Part shown: positions 9,068-18,450 of the stretch, one piece after another
How the letters are laid out: each line of letters begins with the position of its first letter
Numbering within the stretch: position 1 is the first letter of the stretch
Position numbers and translations under genes: made by a program
Notes under the pieces: generated by a model
The model's input: only the letters and a program-made list of their open reading frames with translations
What the model was told of the DNA's origin: nothing
Database searches by the model: none
Source: a virus
Reading direction: 5' to 3' (one strand)
DNA length: 64,000 bases
IMG/VR virus record: IMGVR_UViG_3300044634_001013
Coordinates: 5,702 to 69,701 of that record

Positions 9068-10966
9068 ATGGCAGATAAGAATTTTAAGGTAAAAAAGAAT
9101 ATCCAGGTTACAGACTTGGCCGTTGCTGGCCCAGTTACTGTAGACTCATCTGGTGTTCTTGCCTCATCTTCTGCTCTGCCAGTAAATTTGGGCGGAACAG
9201 GGCAAACAAGTGCATCAGCTGCATTTGATGCCCTTCTTCCAACTCAAACAAATAATGCTAATAAGCTTCTAGGAACAGATGGTACATCTGCATCTTGGGT
9301 GTCTCCAGGAATTGCATATCAGACTTCCGCCCCAGATAATCCAGTTACTGGACAATTGTGGGTGGACTCTGATGAGACTGGTGATTCACTAGATCCATAT
9401 ATTATCCGTAGAAAAACAATTACAGCAACTGCTGGACAAACCGTATTTACTACAGATGTAGTATTTACAGACGGATATGAGCAAATTTATTATAATGGTG
9501 TATTACTTGTAAGAACAACTGACTATACAACAAGCGGCGGAACCAACACAGTTACCTTGCTTCAAGGGGCATCAGCAGGAGATACAGTTGAAATTATTTC
9601 ATCTACTCCGATTAATTTAGTAAATAATGCTACATTAAATGCAAATACATTTATTGGAGCTCAAACGATTGAAAACAATCTTTCCTTTAGAACTCCAAAT
9701 AATGGAATTATAACTGGAGGAACAAGTGTTCAAAATGGATTAAATGGAGATTTTTTGCTTATTCAAAGATCTTCTGCAGGTGTAGATGCTGGAATACATT
9801 TTAGAGGTGGTAGTGGTGGAGCAATTGATTGGTCTATATATAATAAAGGAACTACCAACAATTTAGTTTTTAGAAAAGATGATCAGGGAGAACCTTTAGT
9901 GATAACAGATGGGGGTTTAGTTGGAATAGGATATTCCGCTCCAAACTCTCCACTAGAAGTAAGATCTACAAGTAGGGCCTTTGATTCTTTTGGAACAATA
10001 TTGGCGGCATCAAATGACTTTGGAATAAATAATGGCGGATCAATATCTTTGGGCGGAGTATTTACATCTGATAATAATCAAACAAATACAACAGCTTATG
10101 CTCAAGTATCTGGAAGAAAGCTAAACAGTACATCTGGAGATTATGCTGGATACATGGCATTTGCAACTAGAATTCATACAGGAGCTTTAACAGAAAGAAT
10201 GCGTATTACGCATGATGGCGGAGTATTAATTGGAAAAACCTCAAACTTATATGCAACATTAGATATAAATGGATCATTCCATGCATCTTCAAACTTTAAT
10301 GGAAATGTTCCAGGATATGGAGATGGCCTAACAATAGCTCAAAATGTTATTAACGGTGCCGCAGAAATTACTTACTCTCATGGAAATCCGTTCTTTGCCG
10401 CAAATGGTGGACATAGATTTATTCAAAAAACTGGCGCATCAACAGCAAGAACTCTTATGTATATGCGTGGAGATGGATTTGTTGGAATTGGAAAAGATAA
10501 TCCAAGCAATAAGCTAGATGTAGATGGAAATGTTACGGCTAATGGTTTTTATGGCCCTTTGCTTGGTGGAGTAAATGTAACAACAGCAGCAGCTAATACA
10601 GTTTTTGCTGCTAATACAGATACAAAAATTGCAAATCTTGCACCACTTGGAGACGGCCTTTTCGCATTAACAGTAACCTGGGGTTATGGAGATAATAATG
10701 CTGGCGGACAATTGTATTGGGCCACATCATTTGGCGGAATAGTAGGACTTATTTCAAATGGTGCTGGAGGATACTTTAATGGATCACCAGCAAATCAACT
10801 TACAATGTCAGCAACACAACACCATAGAAATGCATCAACCCTACCAACATTCTGGCTAAAGAGCGATACAACAAATGGTTCTTACGGAAGTTTGTCTTTA
10901 TATATTAGATTTCCAGAAGTTACAAAAATTGCTGATGTCTCAGTTTTTGGAAAGAGGGTTGCATAA
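9068..10966 (+). CDS. Fibre cassette 2 slot A: DK.FKVK-type adaptor fibre with beta-rich shaft
   Basis: MADKNFKVKK; GQLWVDSD; YNGVLL...DYTT domain; VGIG...P...L.V shaft repeats; distinct C-terminal domain. Confidence 0.8.
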   Translation: MADKNFKVKKNIQVTDLAVAGPVTVDSSGVLASSSALPVNLGGTGQTSASAAFDALLPTQTNNANKLLGTDGTSASWVSPGIAYQTSAPDNPVTGQLWVDSDETGDSLDPYIIRRKTITATAGQTVFTTDVVFTDGYEQIYYNGVLLVRTTDYTTSGGTNTVTLLQGASAGDTVEIISSTPINLVNNATLNANTFIGAQTIENNLSFRTPNNGIITGGTSVQNGLNGDFLLIQRSSAGVDAGIHFRGGSGGAIDWSIYNKGTTNNLVFRKDDQGEPLVITDGGLVGIGYSAPNSPLEVRSTSRAFDSFGTILAASNDFGINNGGSISLGGVFTSDNNQTNTTAYAQVSGRKLNSTSGDYAGYMAFATRIHTGALTERMRITHDGGVLIGKTSNLYATLDINGSFHASSNFNGNVPGYGDGLTIAQNVINGAAEITYSHGNPFFAANGGHRFIQKTGASTARTLMYMRGDGFVGIGKDNPSNKLDVDGNVTANGFYGPLLGGVNVTTAAANTVFAANTDTKIANLAPLGDGLFALTVTWGYGDNNAGGQLYWATSFGGIVGLISNGAGGYFNGSPANQLTMSATQHHRNASTLPTFWLKSDTTNGSYGSLSLYIRFPEVTKIADVSVFGKRVA

Positions 10967-11985
10967 TGAGTAGAGCTAGAGATTTAGGATCATTAATTAA
11001 TTCACCTGTTGCTGGAAAAAATGTAATAATTAACGGCAATTTTGATTTTTTTCAACGAGGATCTCTTTCAACAACAAATGCTGGATACGGCTTAGATAGA
11101 TGGTATCAATCATCAAGTGGATCAGGTACAAATGTCTCTGTAACTCAACAAACTACAGGAGTTCCAAATGGATCTCGTCATTGCATGAGAGTTACAATGA
11201 CAGGTGTTAATGGATATGGAAATCAGTATCAAGTAATTGAAACTTTAAATACAGTACCTTTACAAGGTAAAATGGTAACGCTTTCTGCAAAATTACGCAG
11301 AAGCTCAGGCTACGCTGGTAATATAACTATGACTTTAGAAAAATCTGCAACAGTTGATGCTACCATGGGTGGAACATGGACAACCTTGGCTGCTCAAGGA
11401 GTTTTAAACTCTTCTTTACCAACAGGTACTACATCCTCTGACTGGTACAGTTTGCAATTTTCTGTATTTGTTCCTAACGATGGAACTGCAAATTCTTTAA
11501 AAATTGGTTTTTCTCAATCTCAAACAGAATCAAACTGCTATTGGGAAGTTTCACAAGTTCAAGTAGAGGCAGGATCTTCTGCTACTACATTTTCTCGTGC
11601 AGGCGGAGATATTCAAGGAGAGCTTGCTAAATGTCAAAGATATTACTATAGAGATACTTTAGAAAAACACCTAACTCATGTTAGAGATACTAACTTATGG
11701 TTTATAACAAAAACATTTCCAGTAAGAATGAGATCTGTAGTATCTTTTTCTCATAACTTAACTACAAAAGTTACACCAGGAACATTCCCAGGAACTGCAG
11801 GACAAATAGGAATATATTCAAATGGTTGGGTTGCTCAAAACGCAACATCTTTAAGCTGTTCCTCAGATGGAGGAAGTAATGATCATGGATCATTTTATAT
11901 AGTAGGATTTAACGGAACGCTAGGTCAAGTTGGATCTATTCAAAGCAACGGTATATCTTATTTTGAGTGGAATGCGGAGTTATAG
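10966..11985 (+). CDS. Fibre cassette 2 slot B: MSRARD-type receptor-binding protein (CBM-like + AEL domain)
   Basis: TAATG coupling; MSRARDL; FSRAGGDIQGELAKCQRYY; ends WNAEL. Confidence 0.8.
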   Translation: MSRARDLGSLINSPVAGKNVIINGNFDFFQRGSLSTTNAGYGLDRWYQSSSGSGTNVSVTQQTTGVPNGSRHCMRVTMTGVNGYGNQYQVIETLNTVPLQGKMVTLSAKLRRSSGYAGNITMTLEKSATVDATMGGTWTTLAAQGVLNSSLPTGTTSSDWYSLQFSVFVPNDGTANSLKIGFSQSQTESNCYWEVSQVQVEAGSSATTFSRAGGDIQGELAKCQRYYYRDTLEKHLTHVRDTNLWFITKTFPVRMRSVVSFSHNLTTKVTPGTFPGTAGQIGIYSNGWVAQNATSLSCSSDGGSNDHGSFYIVGFNGTLGQVGSIQSNGISYFEWNAEL

Positions 11986-11993
11986 GAGATAAT

Positions 11994-12812
11994 ATGGCAA
12001 AGAAACTTAAGATATATAATGGCTCTTCATGGGAAGATGTTACGTTTGCTATTACCCCACCGTCCACAAATGTAACTAATTCATTTAGTACTAATCAGGT
12101 AATTGATGTTTCTACTTCAGTAGCCGCCCTTAGAGTAACACAGCGGGGTGCAGGAGAAGCACTAAGAGTAGAAGATGAAACAAACCCAGACTCCACACCA
12201 TTTGTAATCACTTCTGCAGGAAATGTTGGAATTGGTGTTTCAAGTCCTAGTGGAGTATTAGATATTAACGGAAGACAAAATATTCGTGGCAATGCAGTAT
12301 TAAGTTTTCAAAATACTGGAAATACTGCAGGTTTCGATGTAGGATTGCTTGGCGGAACTTCAGACCCAATTGGATATATTTTTAATAGAGCTAACTCAGA
12401 CATTGCGTTTGGAACAAATAATGCTGAAACAATGAGATTAACCGCTTCAGGTAATTTAGGTATAAACGTAGCCAATGCAACTTATAGAATTCAAACATTT
12501 AGCGCATTGTCTGCTTCTGTAGGATCACAATCATTAATCTTTCAAACACAAGTTAATAATGGAAACAATGATTATTTTAGACTTTATCAAGAAAGAACAA
12601 TTGCAGTAACATCCTGGGGAGGCTCAGATTGGATTTTAAGAAGACAAGTTGATGGAACACCAATGGGTGGATTTAGATGGGCAGCTGCAGATTGGAACGT
12701 TAGGGCAATATATGGAGTTCCAACTGACCCATCAGTTAGAACATCTCACATATCAACCTCTGCTCCAACAGGTGGAATAGACGGAGATATTTGGTTAGTT
12801 TATACGGCGTGA
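11994..12812 (+). CDS. Fibre cassette 2 slot C: short fibre ending in a GDIW docking motif
   Basis: Start moved to ATG 11994 after AGGAG; MAKKLKIYNGSSW; GNVGIG shaft repeats; C-terminus SAPTGGIDGDIWLVYTA. Confidence 0.75.
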   Translation: MAKKLKIYNGSSWEDVTFAITPPSTNVTNSFSTNQVIDVSTSVAALRVTQRGAGEALRVEDETNPDSTPFVITSAGNVGIGVSSPSGVLDINGRQNIRGNAVLSFQNTGNTAGFDVGLLGGTSDPIGYIFNRANSDIAFGTNNAETMRLTASGNLGINVANATYRIQTFSALSASVGSQSLIFQTQVNNGNNDYFRLYQERTIAVTSWGGSDWILRRQVDGTPMGGFRWAAADWNVRAIYGVPTDPSVRTSHISTSAPTGGIDGDIWLVYTA

Positions 12813-12816
12813 TATT

Positions 12817-13704
12817 ATGACTAAACACGTTAAAGTAAATGGAGTATGGAAAGACGTAACTCAACAATATGTTAAAGTTGGCGGTTCATGGAAAACTGTA
12901 TCTTCTGGCTGGATTAAAGTAGCAGGAGTTTGGAAACAGTTTTATTCTTCTATACCAACAGTTTCTGTTACATATTTAGTTGTTGCAGGTGCAGGTGCAG
13001 GTGGATCTTCTGCAGGTGGTGGCGGCGGCGCTGGAGGAATGGTTGAGGGAACATATAGTTTGACATCTACTGGAACATATCCAGTAGTTGTAGGTGCTGG
13101 GGGTTCAGCAACCCCAACGAATGGTCCTGGAAACTCTGGATTTAATTCATCAGTGTTTGGAATTAATGGTATCGGTGGCGGAGGAGCATCTGCTTGGGGT
13201 CAAGGAAATGCACAAAGCGGTGGATCTGGTGGTGGCGGCGGCGCTGGAGGAAATTATAATGGCACAGGAGTTCAGTTTGGTGGAGCATCAACACAAACTT
13301 CTCCATCTGGTGGAACTGGTTATGGAAATGCTGGATCAAACGGAAACTCAAGTGGAAGCGGTAGCGCAGGTGGCGGCGGCGGAGCTGGAAGTGCTGGAGG
13401 ACTTCCAGCAGCGGGATCTGGAAGAGCAAATTCTATTTCTGGTTCATCAGTAACATATTCATCTGGAGGAACTGGAGGTTTTACTGGAATTGTTTCTGGA
13501 ACATATCCTAGTGGTGCTGCAAATACGGGAAATGGTGGAACTGGGTCAACAGACAATAAAACAGCAGGAGCTGGTGGTTCTGGTATAGTCATAATTAGAT
13601 ATACAACTGGATCAATGACAGCAACTGGCGGAACAGTAACAACAAGCGGAGGAAATACAATTCATACATTTACGGCTAACGGAAACTTTGTGAGGACAGC
13701 ATAA
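12817..13704 (+). CDS. Fibre cassette 2 slot D: glycine-rich adhesin-like protein
   Basis: Three N-terminal KVxGxWK repeats, then YLVVAGAG...GGGGG...GSGIVIIRY...GG...HTFT glycine-rich domain. Confidence 0.75.
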   Translation: MTKHVKVNGVWKDVTQQYVKVGGSWKTVSSGWIKVAGVWKQFYSSIPTVSVTYLVVAGAGAGGSSAGGGGGAGGMVEGTYSLTSTGTYPVVVGAGGSATPTNGPGNSGFNSSVFGINGIGGGGASAWGQGNAQSGGSGGGGGAGGNYNGTGVQFGGASTQTSPSGGTGYGNAGSNGNSSGSGSAGGGGGAGSAGGLPAAGSGRANSISGSSVTYSSGGTGGFTGIVSGTYPSGAANTGNGGTGSTDNKTAGAGGSGIVIIRYTTGSMTATGGTVTTSGGNTIHTFTANGNFVRTA

Positions 13705-14048
13705 TGGCACACTGGGCAGAAATTGATGAAAATAATATTGTTACTCGTGTAACTGTTGGAGACAATAATGATCCAGATGAAGGGTATCAGTGGCTTGTAG
13801 ATAATTTGGGCGGAACTTGGATTAAGACTTCCTACAATGCAGCAACAAATGGTTTTAGAAAAAACTACGCAGGTATTGGTTATACATGGGATGAGGATAG
13901 AGATGCCTTTATTCCGCCTCAGAGATTTCAGTCATGGAAGTTAGACGAAGAAACATGTATCTGGGTACCCTCAAAACCTTATCCAGAAGACGGAAAAATA
14001 TATGTATGGGATGAAGATGCTCAAAAATGGCTGGCAGATCTAGAATAA
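13704..14048 (+). CDS. Small acidic partner/chaperone of the glycine-rich protein (cassette 2 slot E)
   Basis: MAHWAEIDENNIV...TSYN...RKNYAGIGYTWD..RDAFIPP, a family commonly adjacent to Gly-rich phage proteins; TAATG coupling. Confidence 0.7.
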   Translation: MAHWAEIDENNIVTRVTVGDNNDPDEGYQWLVDNLGGTWIKTSYNAATNGFRKNYAGIGYTWDEDRDAFIPPQRFQSWKLDEETCIWVPSKPYPEDGKIYVWDEDAQKWLADLE

Positions 14049-14053
14049 AGGAA

Positions 14054-14062
14054 TGCTATAAT
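14054..14062 (+). promoter_or_regulatory. Extended -10 promoter (TGcTATAAT) at the start of cassette 3
   Basis: Perfect TGnTATAAT in an intergenic gap; GAATGCTATAATTA is identical at 26131-26144. Confidence 0.7.
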
Positions 14063-14096
14063 TAAGTCATACCAATTAGGGGATATGTGAACCAGA

Positions 14097-16061
14097 TTGT
14101 CAGATAAAGATTTTAAAGTAAAGAATAAGCTTGTAGTCAATGGACTTACTGGCGGTGCTGGCCCGCTTATTGCCAACTCAAATAAAGAAATAGATTCAGT
14201 AGCATTCCTAACTACATTGCAGGGCGGAACAGGAACAACAACATCTCCTTCTGCTGGTCAAGTATTATATTCAGCAGGCGGAACATCATATAACCCAACA
14301 GCCATAAATACATTAGATGTAAAGGGTGCCACATACTCTGCAGATGCCCCATCTAGCCCAGTTATTGGGCAAATCTGGGTGGAGTCAGATACAACCTCAG
14401 ATTCATTTGATCCAAATATTATTCGCAGAAAGTCATTTACTGCAACTGCAGCACAAACTACATTTACAACAGATGTTCCATTTATTCAGGGATATGAGCA
14501 GGTGTTCTTTAATGGAATGCTACTTGTTCGTAATAATGACTATACAACTACAAATGATACTACTGTTGTTTTAACAACAGGGGCGGCAGTAAACGATGTA
14601 GTAGAAGTAGTAACAATAACTAATTTAAATTCTATTAACACCGTCACAACAACTGGTGCAAATACAATAACATCAACTAGTGCATCTACAATACCATTAA
14701 CAATACAAGGCGCAGCATCTCAAACAGCTGACTTGCTTAGACTTACAAACAGCTCTGGACAAATTTTAGCAAACCATAACGGATCAACTTTAAATTTAAA
14801 AACTAATACATTCCCAGCTCTTTCATTAACAAGATATGGAATAGATCAGGCAAGCGCAGGTATAGATTTTATAAAATCAAATAGTGCTACTTTAGATACT
14901 GATGCTGCCGTAGCTTTAGATAGCAAACTGTTTGATATGAGGTCTGTTGGTTATGATGGATCAGCATACGGAACTGTTGCAACATCAATATCTGGTTGGG
15001 TAGACGGTGCAGTAAGTAGTGGATCTATTCCAGGAAGATTAGTTTTTGCTACGTCTGGCGTAGAAAGACTTCGGATTAATTCTAGTGGAAATATAAGCTC
15101 ATTATTCAATCAATCATTTGCTAACAGCTCATATGCTGGAAAGAATGTAATAATTAATGGAGCGATGGATATCTGGCAAAGAGGTACTTCTTTTCCAAGC
15201 GGAGTCGGTCTTGGATCTGCAACAGTTTATTCTGCAGATAGATGGCACTGGTACAGAGGCGGAAATGATTCAGGAGCAACTTTAACTAGACAGTCTGCTG
15301 GACTTGCTGGATTTCAATATTGTATTAGAATGCAAAGAAACTCTGGAAATACTTCTACTCAAGCATTAGGATTAAGATATACTGCAGAAACTGCAGACTC
15401 TGTAAGATTTGCAGGAAAACAAGTTACGTTATCATTCTGGGCGAGAAAAGGTGCAAACTATAGCGGATCAAGCAATACATTTAGAGCAACAGTTGCAACT
15501 GGAACTGGAACAGATCAAGTAGTTCATTCATTTACTGGATTTGCTTATATCGTAGATCAAAATGTAACTCTTACAGATAACTGGCAAAGATTTACTCTTA
15601 CTGGAACTGCCGCATCTAATGTTACTCAAATTGGTTTAGAAATGTTCCATACACCAACAGGTACTGCAGGGGCAAATGATTTTATGGAAATTACTGGAAT
15701 TCAATTAGAAGAAGGTTCAATAGCAACACCTTTTTCTCGTGCAACAGGAACTACTCAAGGTGAACTTGCTGCATGCCAAAGATATTTCCAAATACTTGGA
15801 GACAATATCTATGAATTAATTTATGGCGGCTACATGACTTCAGGAACTGTTGCCTACATATCTTTTCCATTCCCAGTAACTATGAGAACTACTCCAGTCG
15901 GAACATTAGTTGGAGGTTGGGCAGTATTTAATACAGGACAACCAGTAATTCAAGCAACATTTCCACATACAATTTCTTTAAGAGCAACATCAACTGCTAC
16001 AGGACAATTTTATTTTCATAGTAATACAACATATTATTTAACAATGAATGCGGAGCTGTAA
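14097..16061 (+). CDS. Fibre cassette 3 slot A: DK.FKVK-type adaptor fibre with CBM-like + AEL domain
   Basis: TTG start; MSDKDFKVK; GQIWVESD; FNGMLL...DYTT; ELAACQRYF; ends MNAEL. Confidence 0.8.
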   Translation: MSDKDFKVKNKLVVNGLTGGAGPLIANSNKEIDSVAFLTTLQGGTGTTTSPSAGQVLYSAGGTSYNPTAINTLDVKGATYSADAPSSPVIGQIWVESDTTSDSFDPNIIRRKSFTATAAQTTFTTDVPFIQGYEQVFFNGMLLVRNNDYTTTNDTTVVLTTGAAVNDVVEVVTITNLNSINTVTTTGANTITSTSASTIPLTIQGAASQTADLLRLTNSSGQILANHNGSTLNLKTNTFPALSLTRYGIDQASAGIDFIKSNSATLDTDAAVALDSKLFDMRSVGYDGSAYGTVATSISGWVDGAVSSGSIPGRLVFATSGVERLRINSSGNISSLFNQSFANSSYAGKNVIINGAMDIWQRGTSFPSGVGLGSATVYSADRWHWYRGGNDSGATLTRQSAGLAGFQYCIRMQRNSGNTSTQALGLRYTAETADSVRFAGKQVTLSFWARKGANYSGSSNTFRATVATGTGTDQVVHSFTGFAYIVDQNVTLTDNWQRFTLTGTAASNVTQIGLEMFHTPTGTAGANDFMEITGIQLEEGSIATPFSRATGTTQGELAACQRYFQILGDNIYELIYGGYMTSGTVAYISFPFPVTMRTTPVGTLVGGWAVFNTGQPVIQATFPHTISLRATSTATGQFYFHSNTTYYLTMNAEL

Positions 16062-16062
16062 A

Positions 16063-16224
16063 ATGACAATAATATATGAACATATAAATGAAGATCTAGA
16101 AAATATGATTATAGAGCATATTAGCAGAACAAATGAAGACGGTTCGGTATCTTGGATTCCAATAGAGCCAAAGAATTCTGAATATCAAGAGTATTTAAGG
16201 TGGGTGGAGGAAAATAATGTCTAG
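16063..16224 (+). CDS. Unlisted 53-aa chaperone-like ORF, paralogue of 8819-9034
   Basis: Hand translation MTIIYEHINEDLENMIIEHISRTNEDGSVSWIPIEPKNSEYQEYLRWVEENNV; shares RTxEDG...WIP..P.NS.Y..YLRWVE. Confidence 0.85.
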   Translation: MTIIYEHINEDLENMIIEHISRTNEDGSVSWIPIEPKNSEYQEYLRWVEENNV

Positions 16225-17248
16225 AGTTAGAGATCTAGCAAGTATATTAACAGCATCATCTAGTATGGCTACTGATACTGAAGTTTCTGCTGTATCCGCT
16301 CAAATTCCTACAAATGTCGCGGGTAAGAATTTTGTAATTAATGGCGGAATGGATATAGCCCAGAGAGGAACATCTTTAACTGGAGTAAATGGTTACTCGT
16401 TAGATAGATGGCTAGTTAACGGATTTGGAACAAATTCAAATATATCAGTAGGTCAATTTTTAATATCTACATTAATTCCAGGTCTTAGATATTATATGAG
16501 AGTTGCTCCTACTACATCAAATAATCAAAATTTTTGGATTAGCCAATCTTTAGAAACTCATGAAGTTATAAGGCTTGCTGGTAAACAAGTAACATTATCT
16601 TTCTATCACAGAATGCCGTTTGCATTTACTGGAACATGGAGTGCGGCTGTATCGTTTTCTACTGGCACAGATGCTAATCTGCATTATCCAGCTTCATCCA
16701 CAGGAATTTTTGCTGAAAATTTAAGTGGCACAGCGGCATGGCAAAGGTATACAAAAACATTTACAGTTCCTGCAAATGCAACTTCCCTTGCTATACAGTT
16801 TCAAACAACAAACAATGTTTTAAACACATCTATGTTTGATTTAACAGGAGTTCAATTAGAAATTGGATCTGTTGCTACAGATTTTTCTAGAGCAGGTGGA
16901 GATATTCAAGGAGAACTTTCTAAATGCCAAAGATATTACTGGCGATATGGTGGAGAAAATGTCTATCAATTTTTTGGTAACGGACTTGCCCCATCAACTA
17001 GCGGAGTGTATTATTTTATAAATAATCCAGTTCCAATGAGAGTTGGACCAACATCAATTGAGTTTGCTTCATTGGCAGCCTACGACGGACCAAATGCAAT
17101 TGTAGTCAGCAATCTTATTTTAGATAGACCAACAAGAAACGGAGCATTCTTGTTTGCAACTGTATCTGGTACAACTCAATATAGACCTTACATGATAACA
17201 ACAAATAATAATGCTAACGGATACTTGGCATTTAGTGCGGAATTATAG
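16217..17248 (+). CDS. Fibre cassette 3 slot B: MSRVRD-type receptor-binding protein (CBM-like + AEL domain)
   Basis: GGAGG SD; MSRVRDL; FSRAGGDIQGELSKCQRYY; FSAEL. Confidence 0.8.
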   Translation: MSRVRDLASILTASSSMATDTEVSAVSAQIPTNVAGKNFVINGGMDIAQRGTSLTGVNGYSLDRWLVNGFGTNSNISVGQFLISTLIPGLRYYMRVAPTTSNNQNFWISQSLETHEVIRLAGKQVTLSFYHRMPFAFTGTWSAAVSFSTGTDANLHYPASSTGIFAENLSGTAAWQRYTKTFTVPANATSLAIQFQTTNNVLNTSMFDLTGVQLEIGSVATDFSRAGGDIQGELSKCQRYYWRYGGENVYQFFGNGLAPSTSGVYYFINNPVPMRVGPTSIEFASLAAYDGPNAIVVSNLILDRPTRNGAFLFATVSGTTQYRPYMITTNNNANGYLAFSAEL

Positions 17249-17258
17249 GAGATAAATA

Positions 17259-18440
17259 ATGGGTAAAAAAATAAGAGTATGGGATGGAACAGCGTGGCAA
17301 GATGTAGCACCATCATTGCCTTATACCGCCATTCATTCTGCACAAGCATCAATGCCATTGACTGGCGTAGATGGGCAAGTTTGGCTAGACACAGATGGAA
17401 CTTTGGCGGGACAAGATTTTGTTCCATTAGCTGGTGGAACAATGACAGGAAATTTAAACACTCCTTCTATAAATAGTGGACCAATTGTTGGACGTAATAA
17501 TTTATTAAATGGTGATTTTTCAATTTGGCAGCGTGGCACATCATTTACTGGCACAAGTAATTCAAATGTATTTACCGCCGACAGATGGATAGTTCAAAGT
17601 CAAGGAGTAAATAGCTCTGTATCAAAACAAGTCTTGTCTGGTGGAGAAATTGCTGGATATGATTCAGAGTCTTATATTAGAATTTCAAATGCTTCAGCTG
17701 GATCTGCAAATACATTATTTATACAAAGAATAGAAGATGTTAGAAGTATGGCAGGTCAAAATGTCACTGTTTCATTTTGGGCAAAAGCTTCTACTGCAAC
17801 TACAATATATGTAAGATCTGATCAAGATTTTGGTTCTGGCGGAAGTTCTAGAGTTGCTAATGGAGGTTCTGGAGTTTCAGTTTCTACTACATGGCAAAGA
17901 AGGTCTGCGACATTTGCATTATCTTCAATTTCTGGAAAAACGATTGGGCCTTCATCCTATTTAGACTTTTTTATATACTGGGCAAATACATCCGCACAGA
18001 CTGTAGATTTATGGGGAATTCAAATAGAATTAGGCAGTCAAGCAACTCCATTTCATACTGCTACTCCAAATCAACAAACAGAATTAGCAGCATGTCAGAG
18101 ATATTATTATAGAACATCTGGAACAACATACACTCCATTAACTGTAGGAGGATATACTCAAAGCACTACTGATTTAGCTTGGTGGGTCCCGCTTCCAGTT
18201 TCAATGCGTGTAGCGCCAACGTCTCTAGATTTTTCAGGATCTGGAGCTATAGCATTTAGAAGTGCTAACAACGGATCTGGATACACTATGGGGAATTTGA
18301 CCTTTGCATCTTCGCTATCAACACCGACATTAGCTCGTGGTGGAGGATCAATCAGTAGCGGAACATGGGTAGCCTTTCACTCAGGCTACCTTGAAGGAAA
18401 TAACGGACCATGCTTTCTAGGATTTTCAGCGGAATTATAA
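17259..18440 (+). CDS. Fibre cassette 3 slot C: receptor-binding protein (CBM-like + AEL domain)
   Basis: MGKKIRVWDGTAW; GQVWLDTD; IEDVR; ELAACQRYY; FSAEL. Confidence 0.8.
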   Translation: MGKKIRVWDGTAWQDVAPSLPYTAIHSAQASMPLTGVDGQVWLDTDGTLAGQDFVPLAGGTMTGNLNTPSINSGPIVGRNNLLNGDFSIWQRGTSFTGTSNSNVFTADRWIVQSQGVNSSVSKQVLSGGEIAGYDSESYIRISNASAGSANTLFIQRIEDVRSMAGQNVTVSFWAKASTATTIYVRSDQDFGSGGSSRVANGGSGVSVSTTWQRRSATFALSSISGKTIGPSSYLDFFIYWANTSAQTVDLWGIQIELGSQATPFHTATPNQQTELAACQRYYYRTSGTTYTPLTVGGYTQSTTDLAWWVPLPVSMRVAPTSLDFSGSGAIAFRSANNGSGYTMGNLTFASSLSTPTLARGGGSISSGTWVAFHSGYLEGNNGPCFLGFSAEL

Positions 18441-18450
18441 GGAGATATAA

